Position numbers and translations under genes: made by a program
Notes under the pieces: generated by a model
What the model was told of the DNA's origin: nothing
Database searches by the model: none
The model's input: the letters and a program-made list of their open reading frames with translations, nothing else
Part shown: positions 9,001-18,749 of the stretch, piece by piece
Numbering within the stretch: the stretch's first letter is position 1
Layout of the letters: the number at the start of each line of letters is the position of its first letter
Assembly (NCBI GenBank): GCA_963741945.1
Contig: CAVUKA010000006.1
Coordinates: forward strand, 32,001 to 96,000
DNA: 64,000 nucleotides
Source of the DNA: an uncultured Gemmatimonadales bacterium
GTDB lineage: Bacteria > Gemmatimonadota > Gemmatimonadetes > Longimicrobiales > RSA9
Reading direction: 5' to 3'

Positions 9001-9320
9001 GGCGCTTCCTCCCCGGCCGGCCAGCCGAATCGCCGCATGTCCACGCGGCCCCCGGGGTCGAAAGCCACGCCTTCCTCCTCGAGCAGCGCCCGCTGGAGGG
9101 AGTCGGCCATGCCGGAGCGCGGAATGGTGATGGCGCCGCTGGCGCTCAGCACCCGCCACCACGGCACGTCCAGGTCGTCGGGGAGCGCGCCGAGCGTGGC
9201 GCCGACCCCGCGGGCCGCGCCGGGGTATCCCGCCAGTTCGGCCACGCCGCCGTAGCTGGCGACGCGGCCGGACGGAATGCGTCGGACCACCTCGTACACG
9301 CGCTCTGGGAAGTCGGGCAT
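8997..9320 (-). CDS. atl: Alkyltransferase-like (ATL/YbaZ) DNA-binding protein, MGMT family
   Basis: VVRRIPSGRVASYG, ARGVG, and PWWRV with Trp in place of the catalytic Cys of PCHRV. Confidence 0.88.
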   Translation of the reverse strand: MPDFPERVYEVVRRIPSGRVASYGGVAELAGYPGAARGVGATLGALPDDLDVPWWRVLSASGAITIPRSGMADSLQRALLEEEGVAFDPGGRVDMRRFGWPAGEEAP

Positions 9321-9351
9321 GACGGCTCGCGTGGCCTTTCGCCGCGGGTTG

Positions 9352-9386
9352 TTGTTCACCGTGCGGAGCGCCTGCAAGTTAACGCC
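9352..9386 (+). promoter_or_regulatory. Putative leaderless promoter of thiI
   Basis: TTGTTC-N17-CAAGTT-N6-ATG, no SD. Confidence 0.4.
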
Positions 9387-10859
9387 ATGATCGCCGATTC
9401 GAAGGACACGCTGCTGCTCGTCCGCATGGCGGGCGAGCTCTTCATAAAGTCGCGGCGCACGCGGACGGGGTTCCTGCGCCGCCTGCGTCGCAACCTCGAT
9501 GATGGCCTGGCGGAGCTGGAGCCTCCGGGCACGCTGGAGTCCGGGTGGGACCGGCTCTACGTGCACGCGCGGGGGGACGCGGCCCGGTCCGTGGTGTCGC
9601 GCGTGTTCGGGATCAGCTCGTTCAGCCCCATCGACGCGCTGGTGGAGGCCACCCTGCCCGCCATCCTCGAAGCGGGCGTGGCGCTCTACACGGAACGGGT
9701 CCGGGGACGCACGTTCGCCATCCGGGCGCGCCGGGCGGGGAGGCACCCGTTCTCCTCGCACGATGTCCAGGTCGAGCTCGGCGCGCGGCTCCTGGATGCG
9801 TCGGCCGGCGTGAACCTGGACGCGCCGGAGGTCACGGTCCACGTCGAGGTGCGCGACGACCGGGCATACCTCTTCTCCGAGGTGGTGCCCGGACCCGGCG
9901 GGCTGCCGCTGGGCGTGGAGGGGCGGGCGGTCACGCTTCTGAGCGGCGGCTACGACTCGGCCGTGGCTTCCTGGCTCATGCTGAAGCGGGGCATTGCCCA
10001 GGACTACGTGTTCTGCAACCTGGGCGGCGACGCGTACGAGCGCGCGGTGGTGCAGGTGGGCAAGCTGCTGGCGGATCAGTGGAGCTTCGGCACGCGGCCC
10101 CGCCTGCACGTGATCGACTTCGCCGGCGCGCTGGACGAGATTCGCTCCAGGACGAGGGAGCGGTACTGGCAGGTGGTGCTCAAGCGCCTCATGTACAGGG
10201 CCGCGTCCATGGTGGGCGAGGAGCTGGGCGCGGATGCCATCATCACGGGGGAAGCGGTCGGGCAGGTCTCGTCCCAGACGCTGATCAACCTGCGGGCCAT
10301 CGACCCGGCGTCGGCGCTCCCGCTGTTCCGGCCGCTCCTGGGCTTCGACAAGGAGGAGATCATCGAGCGTGCCCGGGCCATCGGCACGGCGGTGCTCTCG
10401 GAGCAGGTGAAGGAGTACTGCGCGATCGTGCCGGGAAGGCCGGTGACGGCGGCGAAAGTGGCGTCCGTGGACCGCGAGGAGTCGAAGCTGGAGCTGGGCG
10501 TGGTGGCGCGCGCCGTCGCCGACCGGAGAGTGCTGGACCTGCGCGCGCTCACGGCCACGGACCTGGTGGCGCCGTACCTCTTCACCGACGACATCGCCGG
10601 CGACGCCATCGTCCTCGACTGCCGGCCCGAGGCCCAGTACCGGGCCTGGCACCTCCCCGGCGCCGAGCGCCGGGACGAGTGGGAGCTGCTGCAGAAGTTC
10701 AAGCGGCTGGACAGGGACCGCCGCTACGTCCTCTACTGCGCCCACGGCATGCAGACGGCGCACATCGCGGAGAAGATGCAGCGCGCCGGCTACGAGGCGT
10801 ACTCCTTCCGCGGCGGTGCGGGCGCGGTGCGGAAGTGGGCCGAATCGAAGGACGGCTGA
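9387..10859 (+). CDS. thiI: tRNA 4-thiouridine synthase ThiI (THUMP + PP-loop + rhodanese)
   Basis: GELFIKS, GGLPLG, LLSGGYDS, TGEAVGQVSSQTL, RPLLGFDKEEI, EYC, C-terminal rhodanese LYCAHG. Confidence 0.96.
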   Translation: MIADSKDTLLLVRMAGELFIKSRRTRTGFLRRLRRNLDDGLAELEPPGTLESGWDRLYVHARGDAARSVVSRVFGISSFSPIDALVEATLPAILEAGVALYTERVRGRTFAIRARRAGRHPFSSHDVQVELGARLLDASAGVNLDAPEVTVHVEVRDDRAYLFSEVVPGPGGLPLGVEGRAVTLLSGGYDSAVASWLMLKRGIAQDYVFCNLGGDAYERAVVQVGKLLADQWSFGTRPRLHVIDFAGALDEIRSRTRERYWQVVLKRLMYRAASMVGEELGADAIITGEAVGQVSSQTLINLRAIDPASALPLFRPLLGFDKEEIIERARAIGTAVLSEQVKEYCAIVPGRPVTAAKVASVDREESKLELGVVARAVADRRVLDLRALTATDLVAPYLFTDDIAGDAIVLDCRPEAQYRAWHLPGAERRDEWELLQKFKRLDRDRRYVLYCAHGMQTAHIAEKMQRAGYEAYSFRGGAGAVRKWAESKDG

Positions 10860-10889
10860 CGCCGGTCCGGCGACAGGCCGGTGGCGCGG

Positions 10890-11876
10890 CTACCAGCGAA
10901 GAATGACTTTGCCGAACGTGAGGTTGGAGGCCACGACCTCGTGGGCGCGCCCGGCCTGGGCCGCCGGGATCACCTCGTGGACCACGGGGCGGATGCGGCC
11001 ATCGGCCAGGAGAGGGAGCACCTCCTCGGCGAACAGGCGGGTGGCCGCGGCCTTCTCGATACGGGAGCGGCTGCGCAGCGCCGTGCCCACCAGTGTGAGG
11101 CGCTTCGAGAGCAGCAGGCCCAGGTCCACTTCCGCGCTGCGCCCACCCGGCAGGCCCACCACCACCTGCCGCCCCAGCGGGCCCATGGACCGGAGGTTCT
11201 CGGCCAGGTAGGGACCCCCCACCAGGTCCAGGACGAGGTCGGCGCCACGCCCGTCCGTCACTTCCCGCACCCGCTCGGCGAACGCCACATCGGGGCCCGA
11301 AAGGTCGATCGCCACCGCAAGGCCCAGCGCCTCGGCCCGCTCCAGCTTCCACGGGCTCCGGGACGTGCCCATCACGAGAGCGCCGTACGCCCGCGCGATC
11401 TGGAGCCCCGCCGTCCCGACGCCGCCCCCTACCGCGTGGATGAGCACGCTCTCACCCTCCATCAGGGACCCCCGCGTCCGGAGCGCGTCGTGGGCCGTGA
11501 TGAAGACTTCCGGGATGCCGGCGGCCTCCACCTCGTCCATGCCATCCGGGATCGGGAGCAGGTGCTCCGCCGGGACCACCACCCGCTCGGCGTACGCGCC
11601 GCCGCCCGCCAGCCCCATGACCCGGTCGCCCGCGTTCCACCCCTCCACGTCCGCCCCCAGGCGGTCCACCTCGCCGGCGAACTCCAGCCCGGGAATGTCG
11701 GCCGGCCATCCGGGCGGCGCCGCGTAGCCGCCCGTCCGCTGCATGAGGTCCGCCCGGTTCACCCCCGCCGCCGATACCCGCACCCTCACGTCCCCGGGTC
11801 CCGGCTCGGGGTCGGGGACGTCGACGAGCTCCAGCACCTCGGGCGAGCCCGGGCGCGTGATGACGACTGCCTTCAT
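10890..11876 (-). CDS. NAD(P)H-quinone oxidoreductase, PIG3/MDR family
   Basis: AGVNRADLMQR, PGLEFAG, IPEVFITA, LIHAVGGGVG, FGKVIL. Confidence 0.93.
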   Translation of the reverse strand: MKAVVITRPGSPEVLELVDVPDPEPGPGDVRVRVSAAGVNRADLMQRTGGYAAPPGWPADIPGLEFAGEVDRLGADVEGWNAGDRVMGLAGGGAYAERVVVPAEHLLPIPDGMDEVEAAGIPEVFITAHDALRTRGSLMEGESVLIHAVGGGVGTAGLQIARAYGALVMGTSRSPWKLERAEALGLAVAIDLSGPDVAFAERVREVTDGRGADLVLDLVGGPYLAENLRSMGPLGRQVVVGLPGGRSAEVDLGLLLSKRLTLVGTALRSRSRIEKAAATRLFAEEVLPLLADGRIRPVVHEVIPAAQAGRAHEVVASNLTFGKVILRW

Positions 11877-11909
11877 GGGGAGCCTCCCACGGCAGGGCGG
11901 CTGTTCCGC

Positions 11910-12179
11910 CTAGAGCGCCTTGCGGGCTACCAGGTGGTAGACGAACGGGAAGAAGATCCCGCCCAGCACTGCCCCGATCAGCGCGCCCAGGCGCAGGGGC
12001 GTGGGATCGTGCGTCACGTACGCCGACGCGCCCAGCATCCCGCCGATGAACGTCCCCGCCAGGCCGAAGTACACGGTCAGCGGTATCGTCGTGGTGGGCC
12101 CGCGATAGACGGCGCGGACAATCAGGCTCGCGACAATGCCGATGCCGATCCAGATGAGAAAACCGGTCACGAATGTCAT
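11910..12179 (-). CDS. GlsB/YeaQ/YmgE-like small stress membrane protein
   Basis: 89 aa, three hydrophobic Gly-rich helices (WIGIGIVAS, GLAGTFIGG, GAVLGG). Confidence 0.7.
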   Translation of the reverse strand: MTFVTGFLIWIGIGIVASLIVRAVYRGPTTTIPLTVYFGLAGTFIGGMLGASAYVTHDPTPLRLGALIGAVLGGIFFPFVYHLVARKAL

Positions 12180-12214
12180 GGGCAAAAAGTGGCGGAGACC
12201 GGCGCCGCGGGCAA
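12180..12214 (-). promoter_or_regulatory. Putative leaderless promoter
   Basis: TTGCCC-N17-CACTTT-N6-ATG, no SD. Confidence 0.4.
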
Positions 12215-12237
12215 GGGATCGCGGGGAGCCGCCGTGC

Positions 12238-13452
12238 TCAGATGGCGATGTCCGCCATGGCCTCTTCTTCCCCCGTCCCCCGCGCGCCCACATCGGCGGG
12301 CAGCCTCAGCGCGACCAGTACGGCTACGGCCACGAGGCCGGCACCGAGGAAGAACGGGGTGCGGATGCCCACGTGCTCGAAGAGCGCTCCCGCCCAGAGG
12401 GGCCCCAGGACCCGCCCGATCCCCCCCACCACCTGCTGCCCGCCGAGCACGGCGCCCTGGGAGTCGGCGTCCGTCTCCTGTGACACGAGGCTGGCCAGCG
12501 ACGGGAAGGTGAGACCGGTGGCCAGCGCCCAGAAGGGGACCATGGCGAAAATGGCGCCCGGACTGGGCACCAGGGGGAGCAGGGCGAGCACGGCGGCGAG
12601 GACCCCCGTCCCCGCCTGCACGATCCGGCGCTCCCCGAACCGCCGCACCAGCCACCCCACGATGAGCCCTCTCACCACCACGGTGGTGCCGCCGGCCGTG
12701 GCGAAGACCACGCCCATGTCCATGGCATCCATGCCGTGTGCGCGCTCGGCGAAGAGGGCGAGCACACCCGTCATGGCCGAAAAGGACATGATCGCCAGGA
12801 AGTAGACGGCCAGCAGGAGCACGAACGGGTAGGCGGTCAGCGTCGCGACCCAGCTGCGCAGTGTGGCCGCCTGCGTGCCCCGCCCCGCAGCCCGCTCCTC
12901 CGCTCGCCGCGATTCGGGGAGGATCACGATGGCCGCGAGACCGTTGACCGCGCACAGGCCGGCCGCGATGAACCCCGGTACGGCGTAGCCGAACTGGCTG
13001 AAATACCCCCCGATCGCCGGGCCGATCAGGACGCCCAGCCCGGACGCGGCGCCCAGCATCCCCATGCCCCGCGCGCGGTCCTCGGGGCCCGTGGCATCCG
13101 CCACGTACGCTTGCGCCACCGAGATGGTCCCGCCCGCCGCGCCCGCCGCGATTCGCGACACGAAGAGCACGGTGAGCGACTGGGCCAGTCCGAACAGCAG
13201 GTAGGACAGGGCGGAAGCGAAAAGGCCCAGGACGATGAACGGCCGCCGCCCGTGCCGGTCGGAGATCCGCCCCCAGAACGGAACGGCCAGGAACTGCATG
13301 GCGGAGAAGGATGCCACCAGGAGCGTCACGTCGAACGGGCTGGCGCCGAACGACTCGGCGTAATACGGCAGGAGCGGGAGCACGATGCCGAAGCCGATCA
13401 TGTCCACCAGTACGGTGGCGAACAGCACGATCAGCCTGGAGGTCTTCAGCAT
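12238..13452 (-). CDS. MFS transporter, DHA1/TetA-like
   Basis: DMIGFGIVLPLLP, motif A GRISDRHGRRP, AYVAD, GPAIGG; about 12 TM segments. Confidence 0.92.
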   Translation of the reverse strand: MLKTSRLIVLFATVLVDMIGFGIVLPLLPYYAESFGASPFDVTLLVASFSAMQFLAVPFWGRISDRHGRRPFIVLGLFASALSYLLFGLAQSLTVLFVSRIAAGAAGGTISVAQAYVADATGPEDRARGMGMLGAASGLGVLIGPAIGGYFSQFGYAVPGFIAAGLCAVNGLAAIVILPESRRAEERAAGRGTQAATLRSWVATLTAYPFVLLLAVYFLAIMSFSAMTGVLALFAERAHGMDAMDMGVVFATAGGTTVVVRGLIVGWLVRRFGERRIVQAGTGVLAAVLALLPLVPSPGAIFAMVPFWALATGLTFPSLASLVSQETDADSQGAVLGGQQVVGGIGRVLGPLWAGALFEHVGIRTPFFLGAGLVAVAVLVALRLPADVGARGTGEEEAMADIAI

Positions 13453-13573
13453 CCCCGGACGCTCTCCCCGTGCGCGGTGCTTGTACCGGTGCCGCCCGCT
13501 ACGTACATTGGCGCTCGACCCCATTCCTCATCACGGCGGCCGCCGCGGCCGCCTTCACGGGTCTGCCGCGACG

Positions 13574-15076
13574 ATGCCTCGCCTCGATCCACCCAACGAT
13601 CCGGATTTCCGCAAACGCTACGGCGTGCTGCTCGAGATCGCACGCGAGCTGACGGGAACGCTGGAGCCGAGCTGGCTGTACCGCACCATCTACGAGCAGG
13701 CGAGTCGCGTGCTGGAGACCACCGGCTTCTACATCTCCCTGCACGACGCGGACAAGGATGAGGCCCGAGTGGTATTCGTCGCCGACCGGGGCGCGATCGA
13801 GCGGCCAACGAGCCTAACGTACCGGGCCTCCGAGAGCCGCGCCATACGCGAGAAGCGCGCCATCCGTGAGGATTTCGACAGCGTGGCGGACGCTCTCCTG
13901 GTGCTCGGCCCCGAGACGGACGAGGAAGTTCCCCGCTCCCTGCTGGTCGCGCCGCTGCTCCGCGATGGCCGCGTCCTGGGCGCGATCAGCGCCCAGAGCT
14001 ACAGGCAGGGCGCGTACACGGAGGCCGACCTCGAACTCCTCTGCGCCATCGCCGACCTCGCGGCCGTGGCCGTGTCCAATGCCCGCACCATGGAGGCGCT
14101 GGAAGGAAAGCGGCGGGAGTCGCAGCAGCTCGAGGAGATCGGGCGCGCCGTCACGGCGTCGCTGGAGCTGGAGGAAACGCTGCGCCGGATCGTGGCCGCG
14201 GCCCGGGACCTGTCCGACGCCGACGGCGCCGTGGTCTGGCTGCTCGAGATGGACGGATCAGCGCGCGTGGCCATGACCGCCGGCGACCTGGCCCTCCCCC
14301 CGGGCTCCATCGTCCAGCCACCGTCCGGGCTGGTGCGCCGCTTCGCGCGGGAGCGCTCGCCGCTCATCATCGACCGCCTCCGCACCGATCCGCTGGTCCC
14401 CGACGAGGTGCGCCAGATGCTGTCGGCCGAGGCCGCCATCGGCGTCCCGCTCATCGTCGACGACGACCTCATTGGCGCGCTCTCCGTCAGCCACGGCCGC
14501 AGCCGCGTCTACTCCGACGACGAGGTCCGCGTCCTCGAGCGCCTCGCCATGCACGCCGCCATCGCCGTGGCCAATGCCCGACTCCACGAGCAGGTCCGCA
14601 CCCTCTCCATCACGGATCCGCTCACGGAGCTGCCGAACCGCCGGCACATGTCCATGATCCTGGAGAAGGAGTTCGCCGCCGCCGAGCGGGGCCGCAGCCT
14701 GACCGTGATCCTGTTCGACCTCGACGACTTCAAGCACTACAACGACACCGCCGGTCACCAGGCCGGCGACGCCGTCCTCCGCCGCTTCGCCCGCATCCTC
14801 GTGAGCCAGACCCGCGCCATGAACCTGGCCGCCCGCTACGGCGGCGACGAGTTCATCGTCATCCTCTCCGAGACCGAACCCGAGGGCGGGAAGCGCCAGG
14901 TCGAACGCGTGGTCGACGCGGTCGTGGCCGACGCCCGCATGGCCGGCGTGGGCGTGAGCGCTGGCGTGGCCGCGTACGAGCCGGGGATGCAGTCGCCCGA
15001 ACAGCTCATCCGCCGCGCCGACCAGGCCCTCTACCGCATCAAGGCCGCGCGCACCCGGACCGCCAGCGGTCCCTGA
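13574..15076 (+). CDS. Diguanylate cyclase with two GAF domains
   Basis: Two GAF-like segments; DPLTELPNRR, DLDDFKHYND, RYGGDEF, ADQALY. Confidence 0.93.
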   Translation: MPRLDPPNDPDFRKRYGVLLEIARELTGTLEPSWLYRTIYEQASRVLETTGFYISLHDADKDEARVVFVADRGAIERPTSLTYRASESRAIREKRAIREDFDSVADALLVLGPETDEEVPRSLLVAPLLRDGRVLGAISAQSYRQGAYTEADLELLCAIADLAAVAVSNARTMEALEGKRRESQQLEEIGRAVTASLELEETLRRIVAAARDLSDADGAVVWLLEMDGSARVAMTAGDLALPPGSIVQPPSGLVRRFARERSPLIIDRLRTDPLVPDEVRQMLSAEAAIGVPLIVDDDLIGALSVSHGRSRVYSDDEVRVLERLAMHAAIAVANARLHEQVRTLSITDPLTELPNRRHMSMILEKEFAAAERGRSLTVILFDLDDFKHYNDTAGHQAGDAVLRRFARILVSQTRAMNLAARYGGDEFIVILSETEPEGGKRQVERVVDAVVADARMAGVGVSAGVAAYEPGMQSPEQLIRRADQALYRIKAARTRTASGP

Positions 15077-15092
15077 TCTGTCCCAACCCGCC

Positions 15093-15701
15093 ATGGCTTC
15101 GGCGCGGCTCCGCTCCGATCTTGGGGGCGTGTATATCAATCCTCGCTTCACCCGACTGGTCCGCGCGCCCGCGGCCCGCTACGGCGACCCCGCATCCAGA
15201 GGGGAGTCGTTCCCGGCCGAGGCGGTCCTGCGTGATCTGGTGACGGCCGACCGCGCTGTCGCCCCCCTGATCGCCGCGCGCTACGCGGCGCTCCGCTTCT
15301 GGCTCCTGCACGCCACGGGTGAAGTGGCGGCGCTGGTGGACCACGCCAGGGAATCGGCGCTCGGCCACCTCGAGGCCGCGGACCGCGGCGAGGAGGAGGT
15401 GGCGCTGCTCCGGGCGCTGGTGGAGCGCCCCGAGCCGCTCTCCGAAGCGGCCGCCGTGCTCGACCTGGCCGCCTCGGAGGCGGAGCGCGGACGTCACCCC
15501 CACGGCGCTGGTGCGCTCCGCGAGGCCGCCTTCCGCATTGCCCTGCACCGCCTCGACCTGGGGCTCGCGAGCCGCATCGCCGCCGATATCGGCCGGCGTC
15601 TTCGCAGGGGCGGTCACTATCGCGCCGCGCGCCGCTGGGAGCGGGCTGCCGCCAGGCTCGCCACACGGCAGCGGGCGCTGACGCCCGGGTCCCCGGACTG
15701 A
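15093..15701 (+). CDS. Hypothetical alpha-helical protein (start may be GTG 15129)
   Basis: Coding-like codon usage; fills the gap between the DGC and the next gene; no recognised motif. Confidence 0.6.
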   Translation: MASARLRSDLGGVYINPRFTRLVRAPAARYGDPASRGESFPAEAVLRDLVTADRAVAPLIAARYAALRFWLLHATGEVAALVDHARESALGHLEAADRGEEEVALLRALVERPEPLSEAAAVLDLAASEAERGRHPHGAGALREAAFRIALHRLDLGLASRIAADIGRRLRRGGHYRAARRWERAAARLATRQRALTPGSPD

Positions 15702-15707
15702 GGCGGC

Positions 15708-15923
15708 GTGGGCGGGCCATACACGGCGGAGGAGCGACGCGCCATCGCGCGGGCGGTGCAGGCGAGCGCTCCCCTGCGTTGCCCGGCGTGCGGAGAGCCG
15801 CTGTTGCGGCGGGACGTGCCACCTTCGCGACAGGTGTCGTACGTGCGGCGGCGGGTGTGGGTGCTCTGCCCCGCCTGTCACCGCTCCGGCGCCGTGGATG
15901 TCAGAGCGGCCGGGCCACCATGA
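15708..15923 (+). CDS. Small zinc-ribbon protein (two CPAC motifs)
   Basis: 71 aa, CPACG...WVLCPACH; GAGG before the GTG. Confidence 0.65.
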   Translation: MGGPYTAEERRAIARAVQASAPLRCPACGEPLLRRDVPPSRQVSYVRRRVWVLCPACHRSGAVDVRAAGPP

Positions 15924-16944
15924 TCCCGTCCTGCCCGTCGATGCGGAGGATGCGGGTGGCGAGGGGGAGGGTGCTGATCTCCACGGACTTCCCCACCAGC
16001 GGTGCGTTCATGAGGTGGAGCTGACCGCCCACGCGGATGGCGAAGCCGGTGTGCGCCACGTCCAGCCCGGCAACGGTGCTGGTCATGGCGATGATGTCGC
16101 CATCGCGGATCCGGTCCGCCACCGCCGCCACCTGCTGCTGCGGGACGACGTAGCGCGGCTCTGAGCTCAGCTCCCGTTCCACCGCCCGGATCCTGGCCAC
16201 CCGCTCCGGGTGACCCACCAGCGGAGCGTAGGCCGCTGCGTGCGTGGACATGAAGTCGATCGGTCCGGTCACCGGCGAGCCACCGAGCTGGCGCGTGATG
16301 TCCCGAACGAGCCCCATCGCCTGGTTGTCCCGGATCCAATCGGTGAAATAGTGCAGGCGGCTCGCATAGCCGTCCAGCCGGCCGTTCCGGTACCGGATGA
16401 GCCGGAGCTGGTTGGTGAACGCTTCGAAGCCCGGGATATCGGCGCCCCGGCTGGCGCGGAGCACGCGGGCCAGCGCGAGCATGCTCTCCACGTACGTGAC
16501 GCAGTCGAACGTCCGCAGGTTGACCACCAGCCGTTCGGGCCCCGGCAGGTCCAGGGTGTGCGGCGTGTAGGGCGAGCCCACGAAGCGGCGCCCCAGCCTC
16601 GCGATGAGCGGTCCGATCGGCAGGGTGTCGATGGCCTCGGACCGTGCCCAGCGGACGGTGGCCTGGAAGATCTCCAGGTCGTCGGGCTCGTACACCACGT
16701 CGCCCCGGATGACGGCGTCCGGGTCGGCCCGCGGCGGCGGTGTCGGGGCCGTCGGACCGCCCATGACCCCGGTCCCGCTCTCGGCGCCGTACGCGCTGCT
16801 GTCCACGGGCACGGCGGCGGTGGAGCCGGTGCCCGGCTCCGGCGCCCTGTGGCCGCGGAGCGCCGGCAGGTTGGCGTAAACCAGCCAGGCGGCGAAGAGG
16901 GCGAGCCCCAGCGCTGCGGCGGCGAGTGCGTGCATCTTTCCCAT
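15901..16944 (-). CDS. DUF1460 N-acetylmuramoyl-L-alanine amidase-like protein (NlpC/P60 superfamily)
   Basis: N-terminal TM; LVVNLRTFDCVTYVE, SRLHYFTDW, GDII, GLDVAHTG, GIMVARP. Confidence 0.88.
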   Translation of the reverse strand: MGKMHALAAAALGLALFAAWLVYANLPALRGHRAPEPGTGSTAAVPVDSSAYGAESGTGVMGGPTAPTPPPRADPDAVIRGDVVYEPDDLEIFQATVRWARSEAIDTLPIGPLIARLGRRFVGSPYTPHTLDLPGPERLVVNLRTFDCVTYVESMLALARVLRASRGADIPGFEAFTNQLRLIRYRNGRLDGYASRLHYFTDWIRDNQAMGLVRDITRQLGGSPVTGPIDFMSTHAAAYAPLVGHPERVARIRAVERELSSEPRYVVPQQQVAAVADRIRDGDIIAMTSTVAGLDVAHTGFAIRVGGQLHLMNAPLVGKSVEISTLPLATRILRIDGQDGIMVARPL

Positions 16945-16994
16945 GTGGTTCGGCCCGTGCAAGCAGTATTCCGGACGCGGCGCGTGGCCCGGCT

Positions 16995-17023
16995 TTGACA
17001 TCCCAGCCGCGACCGGGGATTTT
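16995..17023 (+). promoter_or_regulatory. Possible sigma70 promoter of the formate dehydrogenase operon
   Basis: Consensus TTGACA followed after 17 nt by a weak -10 (GATTTT). Confidence 0.3.
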
Positions 17024-17060
17024 TCGGTTTCCATGTCAGTCTCTGCGGCGGAAGACGCTC

Positions 17061-18749
17061 ATGCCTAAACGTACGGAAGCCGGCCTGCCGGTTCTGCGGA
17101 TGCGTCCGGTCCCCAAGGGCCGCACGTTCGATGTCGAAGCGCTGGACGAAGTCCAGGCCCTCCTCGGCGACGCGCCCCGTCGGCGCGACCTGCTGCTGGA
17201 GCACCTGCACCGGATCCAGGATGCCTACGGCCACCTCGCCGACCGGCACCTGCTGGCGCTGGCGAAGGAGATGTCGCTGAGCGCGGCCGAAGTATGGGAA
17301 GTGGCCACGTTCTATCACCACTTCGACGTTCTGAAGGATGGCGAGTCGCCTCCGCCGCCGCTCACGATCCGCGTGTGCGACTCCATCGCCTGCGAGATGG
17401 CGGGCTCCGCCGAGCTGCTGGCCGCGCTCCGGGATCGCCTGGGCGAACGGGTCCGCGTCATCAGCGCGCCGTGCATCGGTCGCTGCGACCGCGCCCCCGC
17501 CGCGTTCGTGGGCGACCACGCCGTGGACCACGCCACCGTGGATGCAGTGGAAGCGGTGGTGCTGACGGAGGACACGACGGCGCGGGCACCGGAGTACCGG
17601 GAGCTGGGAGAGTACCGCGCGTCCGGCGGCTACGAGATCCTGGCCGCGTGCGCCCGGGGTGAGCGGCCGCTGGAGAGCGTGCTGGGGGACGTGGGGACGG
17701 CGGGGCTGAAGGGGCTGGGCGGCGCCGGGTTCCCGTCGTCGCGGAAATGGGAGTTCGTGCGGGCGGAGCCGAAGCCGCGCATGGTGGTGGTGAACGCCGA
17801 CGAGGGGGAGCCGGGGACGTTCAAGGACCGGTTCATCCTGGAGACCGATCCCCACCGCATGCTGGAGGGTGCGCTGATCGCGGCATGGGCGGTGGAAGCG
17901 GACGCTGTCTACATCTACCTGCGCGACGAGTACCCGCACTGCCGGGCCATCCTCCAGGACGCCATTGAAGCGGTGCAGGCCGACCCCCCGTGCGCGTTGC
18001 CGGAGATCCACCTGCGGCGGGGCGCCGGCGCCTACATCTGCGGCGAGGAGACGGCGCTGATCGAATCGCTGGAAGGGAAGCGGGGTGAGCCACGCCTGCG
18101 TCCGCCCTTCCCGGCCCAGCGCGGCGTTTTCGGCCGCCCCACGCTGGTGCACAACGTGGAGACGCTCTACTGGATCCCGGAGATCCTGCGTCGCGGCGGC
18201 GACTGGTTCGCCGCCACCGGCCGCGAGGGGCACCCGGGGCAACGCTACTTCTCCGTCAGCGGACGGGTGCAGAAGCCGGGCGTCTACCTGGCGCCGAACG
18301 GTGTGACCGTGAAGGAGCTCATCGACGATTACGCCGGCGGGATGCTGGACGGCCACGCGTTCCACGCCTACCTCCCTGGCGGGGCCTCGGGCGGCATCCT
18401 TCCGGCCTCGCTGGGCGACATTCCGCTCGATTTCGGCGGCGCGCTGGGCGAGTACGGGTGCTTCGTGGGTTCCGGGGCCATCATCATCCTGTCGGACCGG
18501 GATTCCGCGAGAGCGGCTGCGGTGAACATCATGCGCTTCTTCGCCCACGAGTCGTGCGGCAAGTGCACGCCGTGCCGCGTGGGCACGGCGAAGGCCGTGG
18601 CGCTCATGGACGCGCCCGTGTGGGACCGCGCCCTGCTGGAGGAGCTGGGCGCCACCATGGCCGATGCGTCCATCTGCGGCCTGGGGCAGGCGGCACCGAA
18701 CGTGATCCGGCGGGTCGTGGAGCACTTCCCCGAGGAGCTTGAAGCATGA
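17061..18749 (+). CDS. NAD-dependent formate dehydrogenase beta subunit (NuoE-like + NuoF-like fusion)
   Basis: VATFYHHF, VCDSIAC, CIGRC (2Fe-2S); GLGGAGFP, NADEGEPGTFKDR, GAYICGEET, ESCGKCTPCRVG, SICGLG. Confidence 0.93.
   Translation: MPKRTEAGLPVLRMRPVPKGRTFDVEALDEVQALLGDAPRRRDLLLEHLHRIQDAYGHLADRHLLALAKEMSLSAAEVWEVATFYHHFDVLKDGESPPPPLTIRVCDSIACEMAGSAELLAALRDRLGERVRVISAPCIGRCDRAPAAFVGDHAVDHATVDAVEAVVLTEDTTARAPEYRELGEYRASGGYEILAACARGERPLESVLGDVGTAGLKGLGGAGFPSSRKWEFVRAEPKPRMVVVNADEGEPGTFKDRFILETDPHRMLEGALIAAWAVEADAVYIYLRDEYPHCRAILQDAIEAVQADPPCALPEIHLRRGAGAYICGEETALIESLEGKRGEPRLRPPFPAQRGVFGRPTLVHNVETLYWIPEILRRGGDWFAATGREGHPGQRYFSVSGRVQKPGVYLAPNGVTVKELIDDYAGGMLDGHAFHAYLPGGASGGILPASLGDIPLDFGGALGEYGCFVGSGAIIILSDRDSARAAAVNIMRFFAHESCGKCTPCRVGTAKAVALMDAPVWDRALLEELGATMADASICGLGQAAPNVIRRVVEHFPEELEA

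Noticed and set aside
12238..13452. Acquired tetracycline resistance gene
   Set aside because: Generic DHA1 MFS with host-like composition; no TetR or mobile context.
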